Below are positions 9,877-19,355 of a stretch of DNA of 64,000 nt, piece after piece; positions within the stretch are counted from its first letter, which is position 1; each line of letters opens with the position of its first letter. Source of the DNA: Candidatus Collierbacteria bacterium RIFOXYD2_FULL_45_13 (GTDB taxonomy: Bacteria > Patescibacteriota > Microgenomatia > UBA1400 > MFAQ01). Location of the stretch: assembly GCA_001774685.1 (NCBI GenBank), contig MFAS01000001.1, forward strand, positions 479,557-543,556. Reading direction: 5' to 3'. The position numbers were made by a program, and so were the translations under genes. The notes below the pieces were generated by a model that ran no database searches, was not told the DNA's origin, and worked only from the letters and a program-made list of their open reading frames with translations.

Positions 9877-10352
9877 AGCAAATATCTATCAACCACCCGG
9901 GTTTTACCATTGTCGAGTTGCTAATTTACATGGGGGTTTCGGCGATTATTCTGGTTTCTCTGACACAGGTTTTTGTCATGATAGGCCGCCTAAGATTAGA
10001 ATCACAATCGTACTCTCTGCTTCAACAAGACGGCGTTTATTTACTATCCAGACTTAGCTACGATGTTGCCCGGTCCGGTAGCATTTCCACCCCGATCCTT
10101 GGAGCACAGGGTAACGTTCTTCAAACAGACAAGGTTAGATATTTCTTGGATAGTAACCGTCTCCGGATCACCGACTCTGTTGGCACGGAGTTTCTTACCG
10201 GTGGCGATATCACCATCTCCAACTTAAACTTTCATCACCTGGACGGAGGCACTCATGAAAACGTCAGGGTGTCTTTCACTCTTACTAGCCAAATCAAAGA
10301 ACCATCAGGTTTACAAACAAAAGATTTTAGTACCACCGTCGGGACTAGATAA
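9873..10352 (+). CDS. Pseudopilin (PilV/PilW/GspJ-like minor pilin)
   Basis: It has the PGFTIVELLIYMGVSAIIL prepilin N-terminus and a 4-nt overlap with the upstream gene. Confidence 0.65.
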   Translation: MKQISINHPGFTIVELLIYMGVSAIILVSLTQVFVMIGRLRLESQSYSLLQQDGVYLLSRLSYDVARSGSISTPILGAQGNVLQTDKVRYFLDSNRLRITDSVGTEFLTGGDITISNLNFHHLDGGTHENVRVSFTLTSQIKEPSGLQTKDFSTTVGTR

Positions 10353-10357
10353 AGAAT

Positions 10358-10747
10358 ATGGCCAAGAAACAACCTCAAGGAAACATTTTAATCACCTTAA
10401 TCGTTTTTATGTTGATATCTTCAATCGTTGTTTCTTCTGCTGTGGCGATCATAATTACGAACTCTACCGCAGCTTCAAAAGTCGAGCAGGGGCAGATGGC
10501 TTACGAGGCGGCCGAAAGCGGTCTTGAAGAGGCCATCATTCAGTTACTTCGTAATCCGGATTTTTCAGGCACGGTCAGCCATGTTTCTACCGGACTTTCC
10601 GAATTTTCCTATACCATTGGACCTATTTATCCGAAGACCATCGATTCATACGGCTCGTATCACCAATTCACCAGACATTTAAACACCACCGCCACGTATA
10701 ATCTTCAGGGTAGTTTAATAATTGGTAGGTGGCAGGAAATCTACTAA
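10358..10747 (+). CDS. Minor pilin, PilX-N-like
   Basis: There is a hydrophobic N-terminal helix after a short basic leader, followed by an AYEAAESGLEEAI motif resembling the PilX N-terminal domain. Confidence 0.45.
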   Translation: MAKKQPQGNILITLIVFMLISSIVVSSAVAIIITNSTAASKVEQGQMAYEAAESGLEEAIIQLLRNPDFSGTVSHVSTGLSEFSYTIGPIYPKTIDSYGSYHQFTRHLNTTATYNLQGSLIIGRWQEIY

Positions 10748-10752
10748 TCTAT

Positions 10753-11775
10753 ATGAAAAACACCAATCAAAAATCCTTTCTATATCTGGACTCCGGCCAT
10801 CTTTATTTTGTTTATCCGGGCTTGGAAAAACCAATCAAGTTCAATTATCCCCCCAAAGCAATCTCTGATTTGGAAATCAATGACCGATCTTTGTTGGTTA
10901 ACGGTTTGGATGCCTCACTTTTTTCCCAGAAAGTTACTCCTGGACCCCTAATTATTATTTTGTCCAAAAACATCACTTTTCAAAAAAAGATGGAGATCGG
11001 TACCCAAGAAGAAACAAAACAAGAATTTTTGGAAAGTATCCCTTTTGAGAACGTGAGTATCAAGCACTACAATGCTCACAATGGCGGGCCTCTCCTCGTC
11101 ACCAATAAGGATTTTTTTCAGGAGTTCCAAACTATTTTTTCGGCGCGTGGATTTTCGATTGAGGCGATCATTCCTGAAGCTGTTTTGACCTCCAGTACCA
11201 ATAGTTTTAACCCAAAGCAAATAAATTCATATGCGACGCTACATCTCACAGCATCGCTAGTTCACAGTCTCAGTCTCATCGGTGTCTATAACCGCTATGA
11301 GCCCAGAATCCAAAGGATAGCCCGCAAACAATTTGCTCTCAACAAAAACTTGCGAACCTTGATCATCGTCTTCATCTTTGCTCTCCTGATTCTGGCCGGC
11401 TCCTTCGCCTATTCCCGGATTAAATATTCCCGTCCAATTCCGGAAGTATCCCGTCCTGTCGTGGTCACCCCGGTCAAAATGGTCACGGACGATCCGCTCT
11501 TAGTGAACATCCGGATCTATTATTTTGGTAAAAACGAAAAACAGGCGAGAACACTCCAAAGCAATCTTTGGGCCGCTGGTTTCAAAAATACGGACTTGGT
11601 TGCTTCCTCCTCCGCGATTATTAAATCCAATCTTTTCGTTTCTTCGCAATTATCGACCAATATAACTCAACAAATTCGTCTGGAATTGGATAAGGTGGAT
11701 CGCAATTATAGCTTGATGCAAACGTCCAATTCAGTGTCGGAATCGAGCATCTTCTTATCCTCACCTGCCAAGTGA
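10753..11775 (+). CDS. Pilus assembly protein, PilM-like N-domain fused to PilN-like TM/periplasmic domain
   Basis: It is about 340 aa, with a cytoplasmic N-half (FLYLDSGHLYFV as a possible actin-like phosphate-1 motif), a single central TM (LIIVFIFALLILAGSFAY) and a C-terminal periplasmic domain. Its position in the T4P operon supports the call. Confidence 0.4.
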   Translation: MKNTNQKSFLYLDSGHLYFVYPGLEKPIKFNYPPKAISDLEINDRSLLVNGLDASLFSQKVTPGPLIIILSKNITFQKKMEIGTQEETKQEFLESIPFENVSIKHYNAHNGGPLLVTNKDFFQEFQTIFSARGFSIEAIIPEAVLTSSTNSFNPKQINSYATLHLTASLVHSLSLIGVYNRYEPRIQRIARKQFALNKNLRTLIIVFIFALLILAGSFAYSRIKYSRPIPEVSRPVVVTPVKMVTDDPLLVNIRIYYFGKNEKQARTLQSNLWAAGFKNTDLVASSSAIIKSNLFVSSQLSTNITQQIRLELDKVDRNYSLMQTSNSVSESSIFLSSPAK

Positions 11776-11804
11776 TTGACAAGCCTGTATAAAAGTGCTT
11801 AAAT
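11776..11804 (+). promoter_or_regulatory. Sigma70-like promoter for major pilin gene (TTGACA -17 nt- TTAAAT)
   Basis: TTGACA at 11776..11781 sits immediately after the upstream stop, followed by a 17-nt spacer and TTAAAT at 11799..11804, then a 31-nt leader to the ATG at 11836. Confidence 0.45.
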
Positions 11805-11835
11805 ATGCGCAATTAATAAAAATTAGTACAAGTCT

Positions 11836-12306
11836 ATGGCTAAAACCAAACAAAATCAAAAAGGTTTTACTCTTATCGAGCTCTTAGTCGTCATGGGAAT
11901 CCTCGCCGTCCTGTTAGCCGCCGTTCTTATCGCCATCAACCCTGATCGTCAGTTCAAGCAGGCTAGAGACAGTCAACGCCGCAGTGATGTCTTGACCATC
12001 CTCAACGCCGTCCAGCAAAACATTGCAGACAACAAGGGTACCTTCTCAGGTGCCGCATTGGGAGCAGTCAAAACTATTGCCAAATCAACTCCACCCGCTG
12101 CAGGTGAGATTGATATTTGTGGCGCGATCTCTCCCGTCTACACCTCAATGCTGCCTTCAGATCCAAACTCCAGCAATCCTAATGGTGTTGTCGACTGTAC
12201 TGCCGACTACAATACCGAATACACCATTTCCCAAACCGGTGGCCGCATTACCGTTGCCGCCTCCGCTGAGACAGCAGGAGTCGATCCCATCTCGGTCACT
12301 CGATAA
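11836..12306 (+). CDS. pilA: Type IV major pilin (PilA-like)
   Basis: The leader is MAKTKQNQKG followed by FTLIELLVVMGILAVLLAAVLIA. The protein is 156 aa, with two Cys (CGAIS...DCTAD) forming a likely D-region disulfide. It has its own promoter and terminator. Confidence 0.85.
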   Translation: MAKTKQNQKGFTLIELLVVMGILAVLLAAVLIAINPDRQFKQARDSQRRSDVLTILNAVQQNIADNKGTFSGAALGAVKTIAKSTPPAAGEIDICGAISPVYTSMLPSDPNSSNPNGVVDCTADYNTEYTISQTGGRITVAASAETAGVDPISVTR

Positions 12307-12330
12307 AGTTATCAAAGCTTAACTTTTAAA

Positions 12331-12360
12331 AATACTCCGCCGAAAGGCGGAGTATTTTGT
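12331..12360 (+). terminator. Rho-independent terminator after pilin gene
   Basis: The stem AATACTCCGCC / GGCGGAGTATT flanks a GAAA loop and is followed by TTTTG. Confidence 0.65.
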
Positions 12361-12386
12361 GGATAATCTTGGCTATAATTTGCAGT

Positions 12387-12689
12387 ATGATCAGTCTCAA
12401 AAAACTCCAAAAACAAATCTACGCCAATAAAATTAAAAAGGGTTTCAATACCACCGATATTTACAAAGAGTTTTGTTTGATTCACGAAGAGGTTACCGAA
12501 GCCTGCCGTGCCCACTATCGAAAAGAATATTCCGTCGGCGAAGAGCTGGCCGATGTTGCTATATACCTTCTTGGCTTGTCGGAGATTCTCAATATCAATC
12601 TGGAGAAAGAGATCAAAAGAAAGGTTCTGAAAAATCATAAACGCGTATACAAACGAATTGGTGGCGTTTTAACCAAAACACGGGCATAA
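12387..12689 (+). CDS. MazG-like nucleotide pyrophosphohydrolase
   Basis: It has the EEVTEA...EELADVAIYLLGLSEILNINLEKEI helix pair typical of the MazG/NTP-PPase fold. The ATG at 12387 was chosen because the ORF-track TTG start overlaps the terminator. Confidence 0.55.
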   Translation: MISLKKLQKQIYANKIKKGFNTTDIYKEFCLIHEEVTEACRAHYRKEYSVGEELADVAIYLLGLSEILNINLEKEIKRKVLKNHKRVYKRIGGVLTKTRA

Positions 12690-12730
12690 CTATATTCAAA
12701 GAAATCATCCTGTGACATAATGGTTTTGTT

Positions 12731-13621
12731 ATGGCACATCCTGCCCTCACCCTGTTCTTTCCTCATCCACACAACAATCACAAGGCTAAGGTCCTCTGGC
12801 CAAAGTCCATTGTCATCTTGATCGGGCTCTTTATCATGGGCCGCTCCATTGTGGACATTACCATCGGACTTCTTCCTGGCGTTCTCGGTTATGCTTCTCA
12901 AATCGACCCCGCCAAAGTAATTGAGCTAACAAACAACGAGCGTCTCAACGCCGGGCTAACTATCGTCAAACAAAATCAGGAACTAAATCAAGCCGCTCTG
13001 GCCAAGGCTTCCGATATGTTTGCTCACAACTACTGGGCCCACGTATCTCCCGCCGGTACCGAGCCTTGGTCCTTTGTCATTTCTTCCGGTTACAAATATC
13101 AGCATGCGGGAGAAAACCTTGCTCGGGACTTTGGCAATCCTTCCGATATTGTCAAAGCTTGGATGGCCTCTCCAACCCATCGCCAAAACCTACTGGACAA
13201 TCGTTACAAAGATATTGGGGTTGCCGTCATGGATGGTTATCTCAACGGGGTCGAGACTACTATCGTTGTCCAAATGTTTGGCACACCCCAAACTTCGGTC
13301 TCCAATATTGCTTCGGATCGTGTCGAGGTCAAGCCGGCTCTAGCGGTCGAAAAGGCGGTCCTACCTGCCCAAAACACGGAAGTGGTTCCCCTGCCGTCTC
13401 CTACCAAGCTGATTCCTTCTTCCGGTTTATCTCCTTTGGATCTAAAGCGGTCATGGTCCTTGGCCTTTGCCATCATTGTTCTCTTTGCCCTTAGTTTGGA
13501 CTGGATCTTTGTCCTTAGGTACAATATCATCCGTATCTCAGGAGATACCTGGGCCCACCTAACCTACTTCTTAGGTATGGCTGCCATTTTGATTATCATT
13601 AGACAAGGCATCATACTATGA
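12731..13621 (+). CDS. CAP/SCP/PR-1 domain protein, membrane-anchored
   Basis: The CAP-domain motifs HNYWAHVSP...GENLA...W..SPTHRQNLL...IGVAV are present. It has an N-terminal TM and a C-terminal double TM. Confidence 0.7.
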   Translation: MAHPALTLFFPHPHNNHKAKVLWPKSIVILIGLFIMGRSIVDITIGLLPGVLGYASQIDPAKVIELTNNERLNAGLTIVKQNQELNQAALAKASDMFAHNYWAHVSPAGTEPWSFVISSGYKYQHAGENLARDFGNPSDIVKAWMASPTHRQNLLDNRYKDIGVAVMDGYLNGVETTIVVQMFGTPQTSVSNIASDRVEVKPALAVEKAVLPAQNTEVVPLPSPTKLIPSSGLSPLDLKRSWSLAFAIIVLFALSLDWIFVLRYNIIRISGDTWAHLTYFLGMAAILIIIRQGIIL

Positions 13622-13869
13622 AAAAGCCTATAGGAAAAATAGTTGACTATTTGATTCTCAGTTTACTAGTCTCGACCGCTATTCTTTTGACCCTTATTTT
13701 CAATGGAAACCGTACATACCAGCTAATAACTATCATTGGTGTATCTCTTATATATATCATATGGGGCATCACTCACCACTTCAAAGAGCACACCTTTTAC
13801 CCGCAAATCATCCTCGAATACCTCCTGTTTGCACTTCTCGGGTGTGTCATTGTTATAGGACTATTATAG
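13618..13869 (+). CDS. Small integral membrane protein (2-3 TM)
   Basis: The ORF has hydrophobic helices and overlaps the upstream stop by 4 nt. Confidence 0.4.
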   Translation: MKKPIGKIVDYLILSLLVSTAILLTLIFNGNRTYQLITIIGVSLIYIIWGITHHFKEHTFYPQIILEYLLFALLGCVIVIGLL

Positions 13870-13906
13870 TGAAAAAAGTTGCGCTGTATCGTATAATATA
13901 CCCTGT

Positions 13907-14989
13907 ATGAAAGCTATTATTCCCACAGGAGGAATGGGTACCAGGATGAGACCCTTAACGTTTACTGCTAACAAGCATCTTATTCCTGTGGCCAATAAAC
14001 CCTTAATTCTTTACCCCGTAGAAACAATAGCCGCTACCGGAATCAAAGAGATTGCCCTCACCTATAATCCAGGTCAATTGGATATTATCCAAAACTTTCT
14101 GGGCGATGGTTCAAAGTGGGGAGTCAAATTTACTTACATTCTTCAAGAAAATCCCCGGGGTGGACTAGCAAATATTTTTCAAGTTTGCGAAAAGTTCATC
14201 GATGGAGATTCCTTTGTCATGCATCTTGGAGATAATGTTTTTACCGGTGGTATCAAAAATCTCGCCGATCATTTTAGAAAGCACAAACCGAAGGGTTTAG
14301 TCGGGTTGGTTCATCACCCGGAGAACGTGCGTTTGGGAGTCCCGTATTTTGATGAAAACGGTAAGCTTGTCAAATATGTCGAGAAGCCTGAGAACCCGCC
14401 TCACGACTTTGCCGTTCCCGGTGTCTATTTCTTTGACCCTATTATCTTTAATTGTTTCAAAGGTAAGGAAAAGATCACTCCCTCACCCAGAGGAGAACTG
14501 GAGATTTCTTCCGCTTACCAATGGCTCATCGACCACAAGTATGACGTGGATACTCTGGAAATAGAGGGCGCCTGGTTGGATCCGGGTAAAGTCCAAGACT
14601 GGCTTGAAGCCAACTTCTACTTACTCGACTTAAACACCAAGACCAAGATCGATTCCGAGTTCGACAAGACGGTTAAGGTTACCGGTCGTGTTACTGTTGG
14701 CAAAAACTGTGTCATCACCAACTCGCATCTCAAGGGACCTCTTAATATCGGTGACAATGTCAATATCACCAATAGTACGGTTGGTCCTTTTACCTCCGTC
14801 TACAACAACTGTGTCATTATCGATAGTACAGTGACCGAATCGGTACTCATGGAATCGGTAGTCATTGATAAGGTTCGCAAGAACATCGAGAACAGTATCA
14901 TTGGCCCCAACTCCAACATTTCTCAAAGCAATCACTCAGAGCACTATTCGGAATTACTAGTCGGTGAACTTAGCAAAATCTCACTTTAA
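13907..14989 (+). CDS. rmlA: Glucose-1-phosphate thymidylyltransferase, long form with C-terminal left-handed beta-helix
   Basis: The N-terminus is IIPTGGMGTRMRPLT...NKHLIPVANKPLI and the HLGDN motif is present. C-terminal hexapeptide repeats are present. It is the first gene of the rml operon. Confidence 0.75.
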   Translation: MKAIIPTGGMGTRMRPLTFTANKHLIPVANKPLILYPVETIAATGIKEIALTYNPGQLDIIQNFLGDGSKWGVKFTYILQENPRGGLANIFQVCEKFIDGDSFVMHLGDNVFTGGIKNLADHFRKHKPKGLVGLVHHPENVRLGVPYFDENGKLVKYVEKPENPPHDFAVPGVYFFDPIIFNCFKGKEKITPSPRGELEISSAYQWLIDHKYDVDTLEIEGAWLDPGKVQDWLEANFYLLDLNTKTKIDSEFDKTVKVTGRVTVGKNCVITNSHLKGPLNIGDNVNITNSTVGPFTSVYNNCVIIDSTVTESVLMESVVIDKVRKNIENSIIGPNSNISQSNHSEHYSELLVGELSKISL

Positions 14990-14992
14990 TCT

Positions 14993-15988
14993 ATGAAATT
15001 ATTAATTACCGGCGGAGCAGGTTTCATCGGCAGTAACTTCATCCATTATTGGTTGAAGAAGCATGCCGGAGATCAGATTATCAATCTAGATAGTCTTACC
15101 TATGCCGGGCATCTGGAGTCACTCAAAGATGTGTCCCATCGTCATCATTACACCTTCGTTAAAGGAGACATCAACAACAGCGAGTTGGTTGATTCTTTAA
15201 TGTCTCAAGTCGACATTGTCGTTCACTTTGCAGCTGAGACCCATGTGGATCGTTCCATTACGGACCCCATGATCTTCACCAGGACCAACGTCATCGGTAC
15301 CCAAACCCTCCTGGAAGCCGCCAAAAAGTACGGCACCAGATTTCACCACATTTCCACCGATGAGGTTTTTGGTGCCCTCAAGCTAGAGTCCAAAAACAAA
15401 TTCAATACCAAAACCAGATATCAGCCAAACTCGCCCTACTCTGCTTCTAAGGCCGCCTCGGACCATCTCGTCATGTCCTACCACACTACTTTTGGTGTGC
15501 CGGTCACCATCACCAACTGTAGCAACAACTTTGGACCTTATCAGGATACCGAAAAATTCATTCCCAGAACGATCACCAACCTCTTGGAGGGGAAAAATAT
15601 TTTGATTTATGGTGACGGCAAATATGTCCGTGATTGGATGCACGTCGAAGATCACTGCCGTGCCATCGAGCTGGTACTTCTCAAAGGTAAAGTTGGCGCA
15701 TCTTACACCGTGGGCGGTATGAATAAGGATGTCAGCAATTTAGAAGTATCCAAGAAAATTCTCAAAATTATGAAACTCCCGGAAAGCCGTATCGACTATA
15801 TTAAAGATCGTCCCGGTCACGATCGACGCTACGCCGTCAGTTGGAAGAAAATCAACAAAGAACTTGGTTGGGAGCCGAAAGAAAAGTTCTCCAAACGTCT
15901 CAAGCAAACCATTGACTGGTATCGAGCCAATGAGTGGTGGTGGAAAGACATGAAAGTAAAATCAGAAGACTTTTATAAAACTAAATAA
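14993..15988 (+). CDS. rmlB: dTDP-glucose 4,6-dehydratase
   Basis: It has the TGGAGFIGSN Rossmann motif, the YSASKAASD catalytic YxxxK and an RmlB-like C-terminus. Confidence 0.9.
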   Translation: MKLLITGGAGFIGSNFIHYWLKKHAGDQIINLDSLTYAGHLESLKDVSHRHHYTFVKGDINNSELVDSLMSQVDIVVHFAAETHVDRSITDPMIFTRTNVIGTQTLLEAAKKYGTRFHHISTDEVFGALKLESKNKFNTKTRYQPNSPYSASKAASDHLVMSYHTTFGVPVTITNCSNNFGPYQDTEKFIPRTITNLLEGKNILIYGDGKYVRDWMHVEDHCRAIELVLLKGKVGASYTVGGMNKDVSNLEVSKKILKIMKLPESRIDYIKDRPGHDRRYAVSWKKINKELGWEPKEKFSKRLKQTIDWYRANEWWWKDMKVKSEDFYKTK

Positions 15989-15991
15989 AAA

Positions 15992-16555
15992 ATGGGATTC
16001 AAAAAGATTAGCCACAAAAATATTGCCCTACCCAAAAAGACTAAACTCTACCGTCAAACGTATGAGAAGGTCGAAGGTATCCAAAATGTTCATATTTTGA
16101 AGGCCAATACTTTTGCCGACGATTATGGTGGCTGGTTCAAAGAAACCCTCCGCCTCGACGGCCAAGGTTTCAATGTCGCCCTCAAAGAACTGGGTGTCAG
16201 TTTCCGTATGATTCAGGCGAACACCTCTTTCTTAGCACCCAAAACCAAGCGTTTTTGGCACATTCACCCGACTCAAAACGAAATCTGGACAACCAACGGC
16301 ACCATCCTTTTGGGACTAATAGATTACCGGCCGGAGTCTGTTTCCTACCAGACAAAAATGAAGGTAGTCTTATCTGCGGACAAGTGTATCTATATCCCAG
16401 CCGGTGTTGCTCATGGCTTCATGAATCCTACTCAGGATTTTGTCACCATCAACTACTTTACTGATCAGTTTTTTGTTGCCAACGAAAATACCCAGGAGTG
16501 CCGGATCGATCCCGAGACCGTCCCCTTCGATTTCGTCAAACCTGAGTTAATGTAA
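15992..16555 (+). CDS. rmlC: dTDP-4-dehydrorhamnose 3,5-epimerase (cupin)
   Basis: It is 187 aa and cupin-like, with the FWHIHP...AGVAHGF motif. It lies between rmlB and rmlD. Confidence 0.7.
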   Translation: MGFKKISHKNIALPKKTKLYRQTYEKVEGIQNVHILKANTFADDYGGWFKETLRLDGQGFNVALKELGVSFRMIQANTSFLAPKTKRFWHIHPTQNEIWTTNGTILLGLIDYRPESVSYQTKMKVVLSADKCIYIPAGVAHGFMNPTQDFVTINYFTDQFFVANENTQECRIDPETVPFDFVKPELM

Positions 16556-16560
16556 TCACT

Positions 16561-17472
16561 ATGTCCAAAACAAAAGTTCTCGTCACCGGAGCTTCAGGAT
16601 TGGTTGGCTCCCGCTTCCTGGAACTGGCTCAAGTTTTTGATTTTGTCGCCCCGGATCTGCCAGAGTTCGATCTTGCAGATGCCGAAGCGGTCAGGGTGCT
16701 AGTTGAAAAAGAAAATCCGGACTGGATTATCAACTTTGCCGCCTTTACTGATGTCAATGCCGCCGAGCAGCAAGCCGGGGATGAGAACGGACCGGCATGG
16801 AGAATAAACGTTACCGGAGTCGAAAACCTTCTCAAGGCCTTCAAATCGAAAAACTTTCTTCAGATTTCGACAGATATGGTTTTCTCTGGTGATCTGGACC
16901 AGCCCGGACCATACGACGAAACCCAAATCCCTCCGGATTCAAACGAGAAGCTTACCTGGTATGGCTGGACCAAGAATCGAGCCGAAAAGATAGTCAAAGA
17001 AAGAAATGGTTCGGTACTAAGGATCATCTATCCCGTCAGAACCGGGCATGATAAAAAACCGGACTATATCCGAGGTGCTCTCAAAAAATATGCTGACGGC
17101 AAAATGTATCCTCTCTTTATGGATCAGCAGATATGCATCGCCTTTATCGACGAAATTTCGGAAACCATTCAAAAAATCATCGAAACGGAATCAAATGGAA
17201 CCTTCCATTGTTCTTCCGACACCACCACTCCATACGAATTGATTACCTATGTCATCGACCAGTTGGGCGCCGATCCATCGGTTATCAAGTCTGCCTCTGT
17301 GTTGGAGTTCCTGAAGACTCAGACGAATCCCAATCGATACCCCGTCTGGGGAGGTCTCAAGACCAACATTACCGAAGAGCAACTCGACCTTCACCATTCA
17401 ACTTGGCAAACTATTGTCGAGCATTTAATCGGTCAGGGCCTAAGTCTGCCGGAAGCTACGCCTCAGTCATAA
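16561..17472 (+). CDS. rmlD: dTDP-4-dehydrorhamnose reductase
   Basis: It has the VLVTGASGLVGS Rossmann motif, is about 300 aa with an RmlD-like substrate domain, and is the last gene of the operon. Confidence 0.7.
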   Translation: MSKTKVLVTGASGLVGSRFLELAQVFDFVAPDLPEFDLADAEAVRVLVEKENPDWIINFAAFTDVNAAEQQAGDENGPAWRINVTGVENLLKAFKSKNFLQISTDMVFSGDLDQPGPYDETQIPPDSNEKLTWYGWTKNRAEKIVKERNGSVLRIIYPVRTGHDKKPDYIRGALKKYADGKMYPLFMDQQICIAFIDEISETIQKIIETESNGTFHCSSDTTTPYELITYVIDQLGADPSVIKSASVLEFLKTQTNPNRYPVWGGLKTNITEEQLDLHHSTWQTIVEHLIGQGLSLPEATPQS

Positions 17473-17491
17473 TCAGGTATACTATTATCAG

Positions 17492-18262
17492 ATGAGATTC
17501 CTTTACGTCATTTGTCTATCATTTATCGTCTTATTTTTTGCACCTTCTGTCCTCGCGGACGCCAAATCGGACTACGACTACCAGTACGGTCAATACCGCA
17601 CTGGGTACTCCGAGTTTGTTGTTCTCAAGCAGGACTATCTCAATACTCCCAGTTTGGACAATCAGCAAAAAGCCATGCTTTCTGCCAAGCAAACTATCCT
17701 AGCGAGAGATCTGGCCAAAGCCTCACTCCATTGGTACCTCATGGATCTCATTGCCGGCTACCAGGTGGACTATGGTCCCATCAAGCCGATTACCACGTCA
17801 TTAAATATCGCCCGGGAATATTTTCTTGCTCAAGCTCAGAAATCTCAAAGCGTGATTACCCAAGAAGATCTCAAAAAATTCACCCAAAACTATCAGAGCA
17901 CTGTTCAGGGTAACGACAGTATCATCAAGTTCGGTATTGTAGCCAACAAAATCACAGCGCTCGTCAGAATTCAGAGGGATTCAAAAACTGCCTTAGATTC
18001 AATTATTCCCAAACTTCCCACCCCCATACCCGCCAGTTTGACTGCCCGAATTCAAGAGCTCAAAGATTCCGCTCAAATTATCGATGGAAAGATCGATCTT
18101 CTGGCAAACAATCTCAACTTGGCCGATGCGGTCGCCGAATCTGTGACCGAGATATTCTTCACCGCCAGGGTCGAGAAGCTAGTCGAAATCCGTGAATTAC
18201 AGCTTGATTGGATAAACCGTCTAATCGATATTGATATAAACTATGTCCAACCCCAAATTTGA
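17492..18262 (+). CDS. Secreted hypothetical protein
   Basis: It has the signal peptide MRFLYVICLSFIVLFFAPSVLA. No recognisable domain was found. Confidence 0.45.
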   Translation: MRFLYVICLSFIVLFFAPSVLADAKSDYDYQYGQYRTGYSEFVVLKQDYLNTPSLDNQQKAMLSAKQTILARDLAKASLHWYLMDLIAGYQVDYGPIKPITTSLNIAREYFLAQAQKSQSVITQEDLKKFTQNYQSTVQGNDSIIKFGIVANKITALVRIQRDSKTALDSIIPKLPTPIPASLTARIQELKDSAQIIDGKIDLLANNLNLADAVAESVTEIFFTARVEKLVEIRELQLDWINRLIDIDINYVQPQI

Positions 18263-18608
18263 GATCACCAACCCGGAAGCCATCAAGCTTCTAAATGACA
18301 TCAAGAGTGGTGCGGCTTTCGCACCGGTGAAGGCTTGGTTGGTTCGTTATAAATGGTTTTGGATTAGTGGGCTGATGGTTATTGTTCTTTTGATCTTTTT
18401 ATCTATCGGAAAAGCCATTTCTCGGAACAGACGCCCCCCCGTTTTCTTACCGCCGGATATCGGGACCCCGGTTCCCACCACCGGGAAAACAGTCAAGTCC
18501 GATTACGAGTGGATTCGTCAAAATATACAGAACTTTAGTACCGATCTCCCCGATCCGGTGATTCCGCCATTCGACAACTCAATTGATCTTGAAAGTGTTA
18601 ATATATAA
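18243..18608 (+). CDS. Single-pass membrane hypothetical protein
   Basis: It has the TM helix WFWISGLMVIVLLIFLSIG and a proline-rich extracytoplasmic tail. Confidence 0.4.
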   Translation: MSNPKFEITNPEAIKLLNDIKSGAAFAPVKAWLVRYKWFWISGLMVIVLLIFLSIGKAISRNRRPPVFLPPDIGTPVPTTGKTVKSDYEWIRQNIQNFSTDLPDPVIPPFDNSIDLESVNI

Positions 18609-18611
18609 CCT

Positions 18612-19349
18612 ATGGCAAAATCAAAGTCTCCAAAAACAATTAATAAAGTCAAAACTGAAATGGCAGAACTCAAATCCAGAACCAAAAAACCGGTGAAGGT
18701 CATTAAAAAACTACGTGTCGACTCGAATATCGTATCTCTACCTGAGATAAAAGAAGTTAAGAAACCACCGTTTGGGTTTGCTGTAAAGCTAGTCCTGATT
18801 GTCACTTTGGGTGTCGCCCTTTACTTGCTGGCTCAAAAATATCGAGGTCACTTCTTGGCCGGGACGGTGAACTCTTCACCGATTTCACGCTGGGAACTAA
18901 ATCAAAAAATGGCCGAAAAATATGGCAAACAAACCTTTGATGAAATTGTCAACCAAAGACTTCTGGATGCAGAGCTCAAAAAGGAGAAGATCGTAGTAAC
19001 CGATAAAGAGGTTTCCGATGAAACTGCCAAGATCATCGCAGAGTATGGAGGAGAGGAAGCCTTCAAAGCAGCTTTGACTCAGTATGGATTAACCGAGGAA
19101 AAGGCCAAAGACTCTATCAAGCAAAGCCTAAGTCTCAAAAAGATTATCGAAAAGAACTACAAGATTGAGGTATCCGAGGATCAAATCAAGAAATACTTTG
19201 ATGACAACAAAACCCTCTTTTCCGGCAAGAAACTCGAGGATGTTAGTGGCGACATCAAAGACACTTTATATCAGCAAGAGGTATACACCAAAACCCAAGA
19301 ATGGTTTGCCGGTATAAGGAAAGCGGCCAAGATCGTCCCTTATATCTAA
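18612..19349 (+). CDS. Membrane-anchored SurA-N/PrsA-like chaperone domain protein
   Basis: It has a Lys-rich N-terminus, one TM, then SPISRWELNQKMAEKYGKQTFDEIVNQRLLDAELKK, which is typical of the SurA N-terminal chaperone domain. Confidence 0.5.
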   Translation: MAKSKSPKTINKVKTEMAELKSRTKKPVKVIKKLRVDSNIVSLPEIKEVKKPPFGFAVKLVLIVTLGVALYLLAQKYRGHFLAGTVNSSPISRWELNQKMAEKYGKQTFDEIVNQRLLDAELKKEKIVVTDKEVSDETAKIIAEYGGEEAFKAALTQYGLTEEKAKDSIKQSLSLKKIIEKNYKIEVSEDQIKKYFDDNKTLFSGKKLEDVSGDIKDTLYQQEVYTKTQEWFAGIRKAAKIVPYI

Positions 19350-19355
19350 AGAGCT

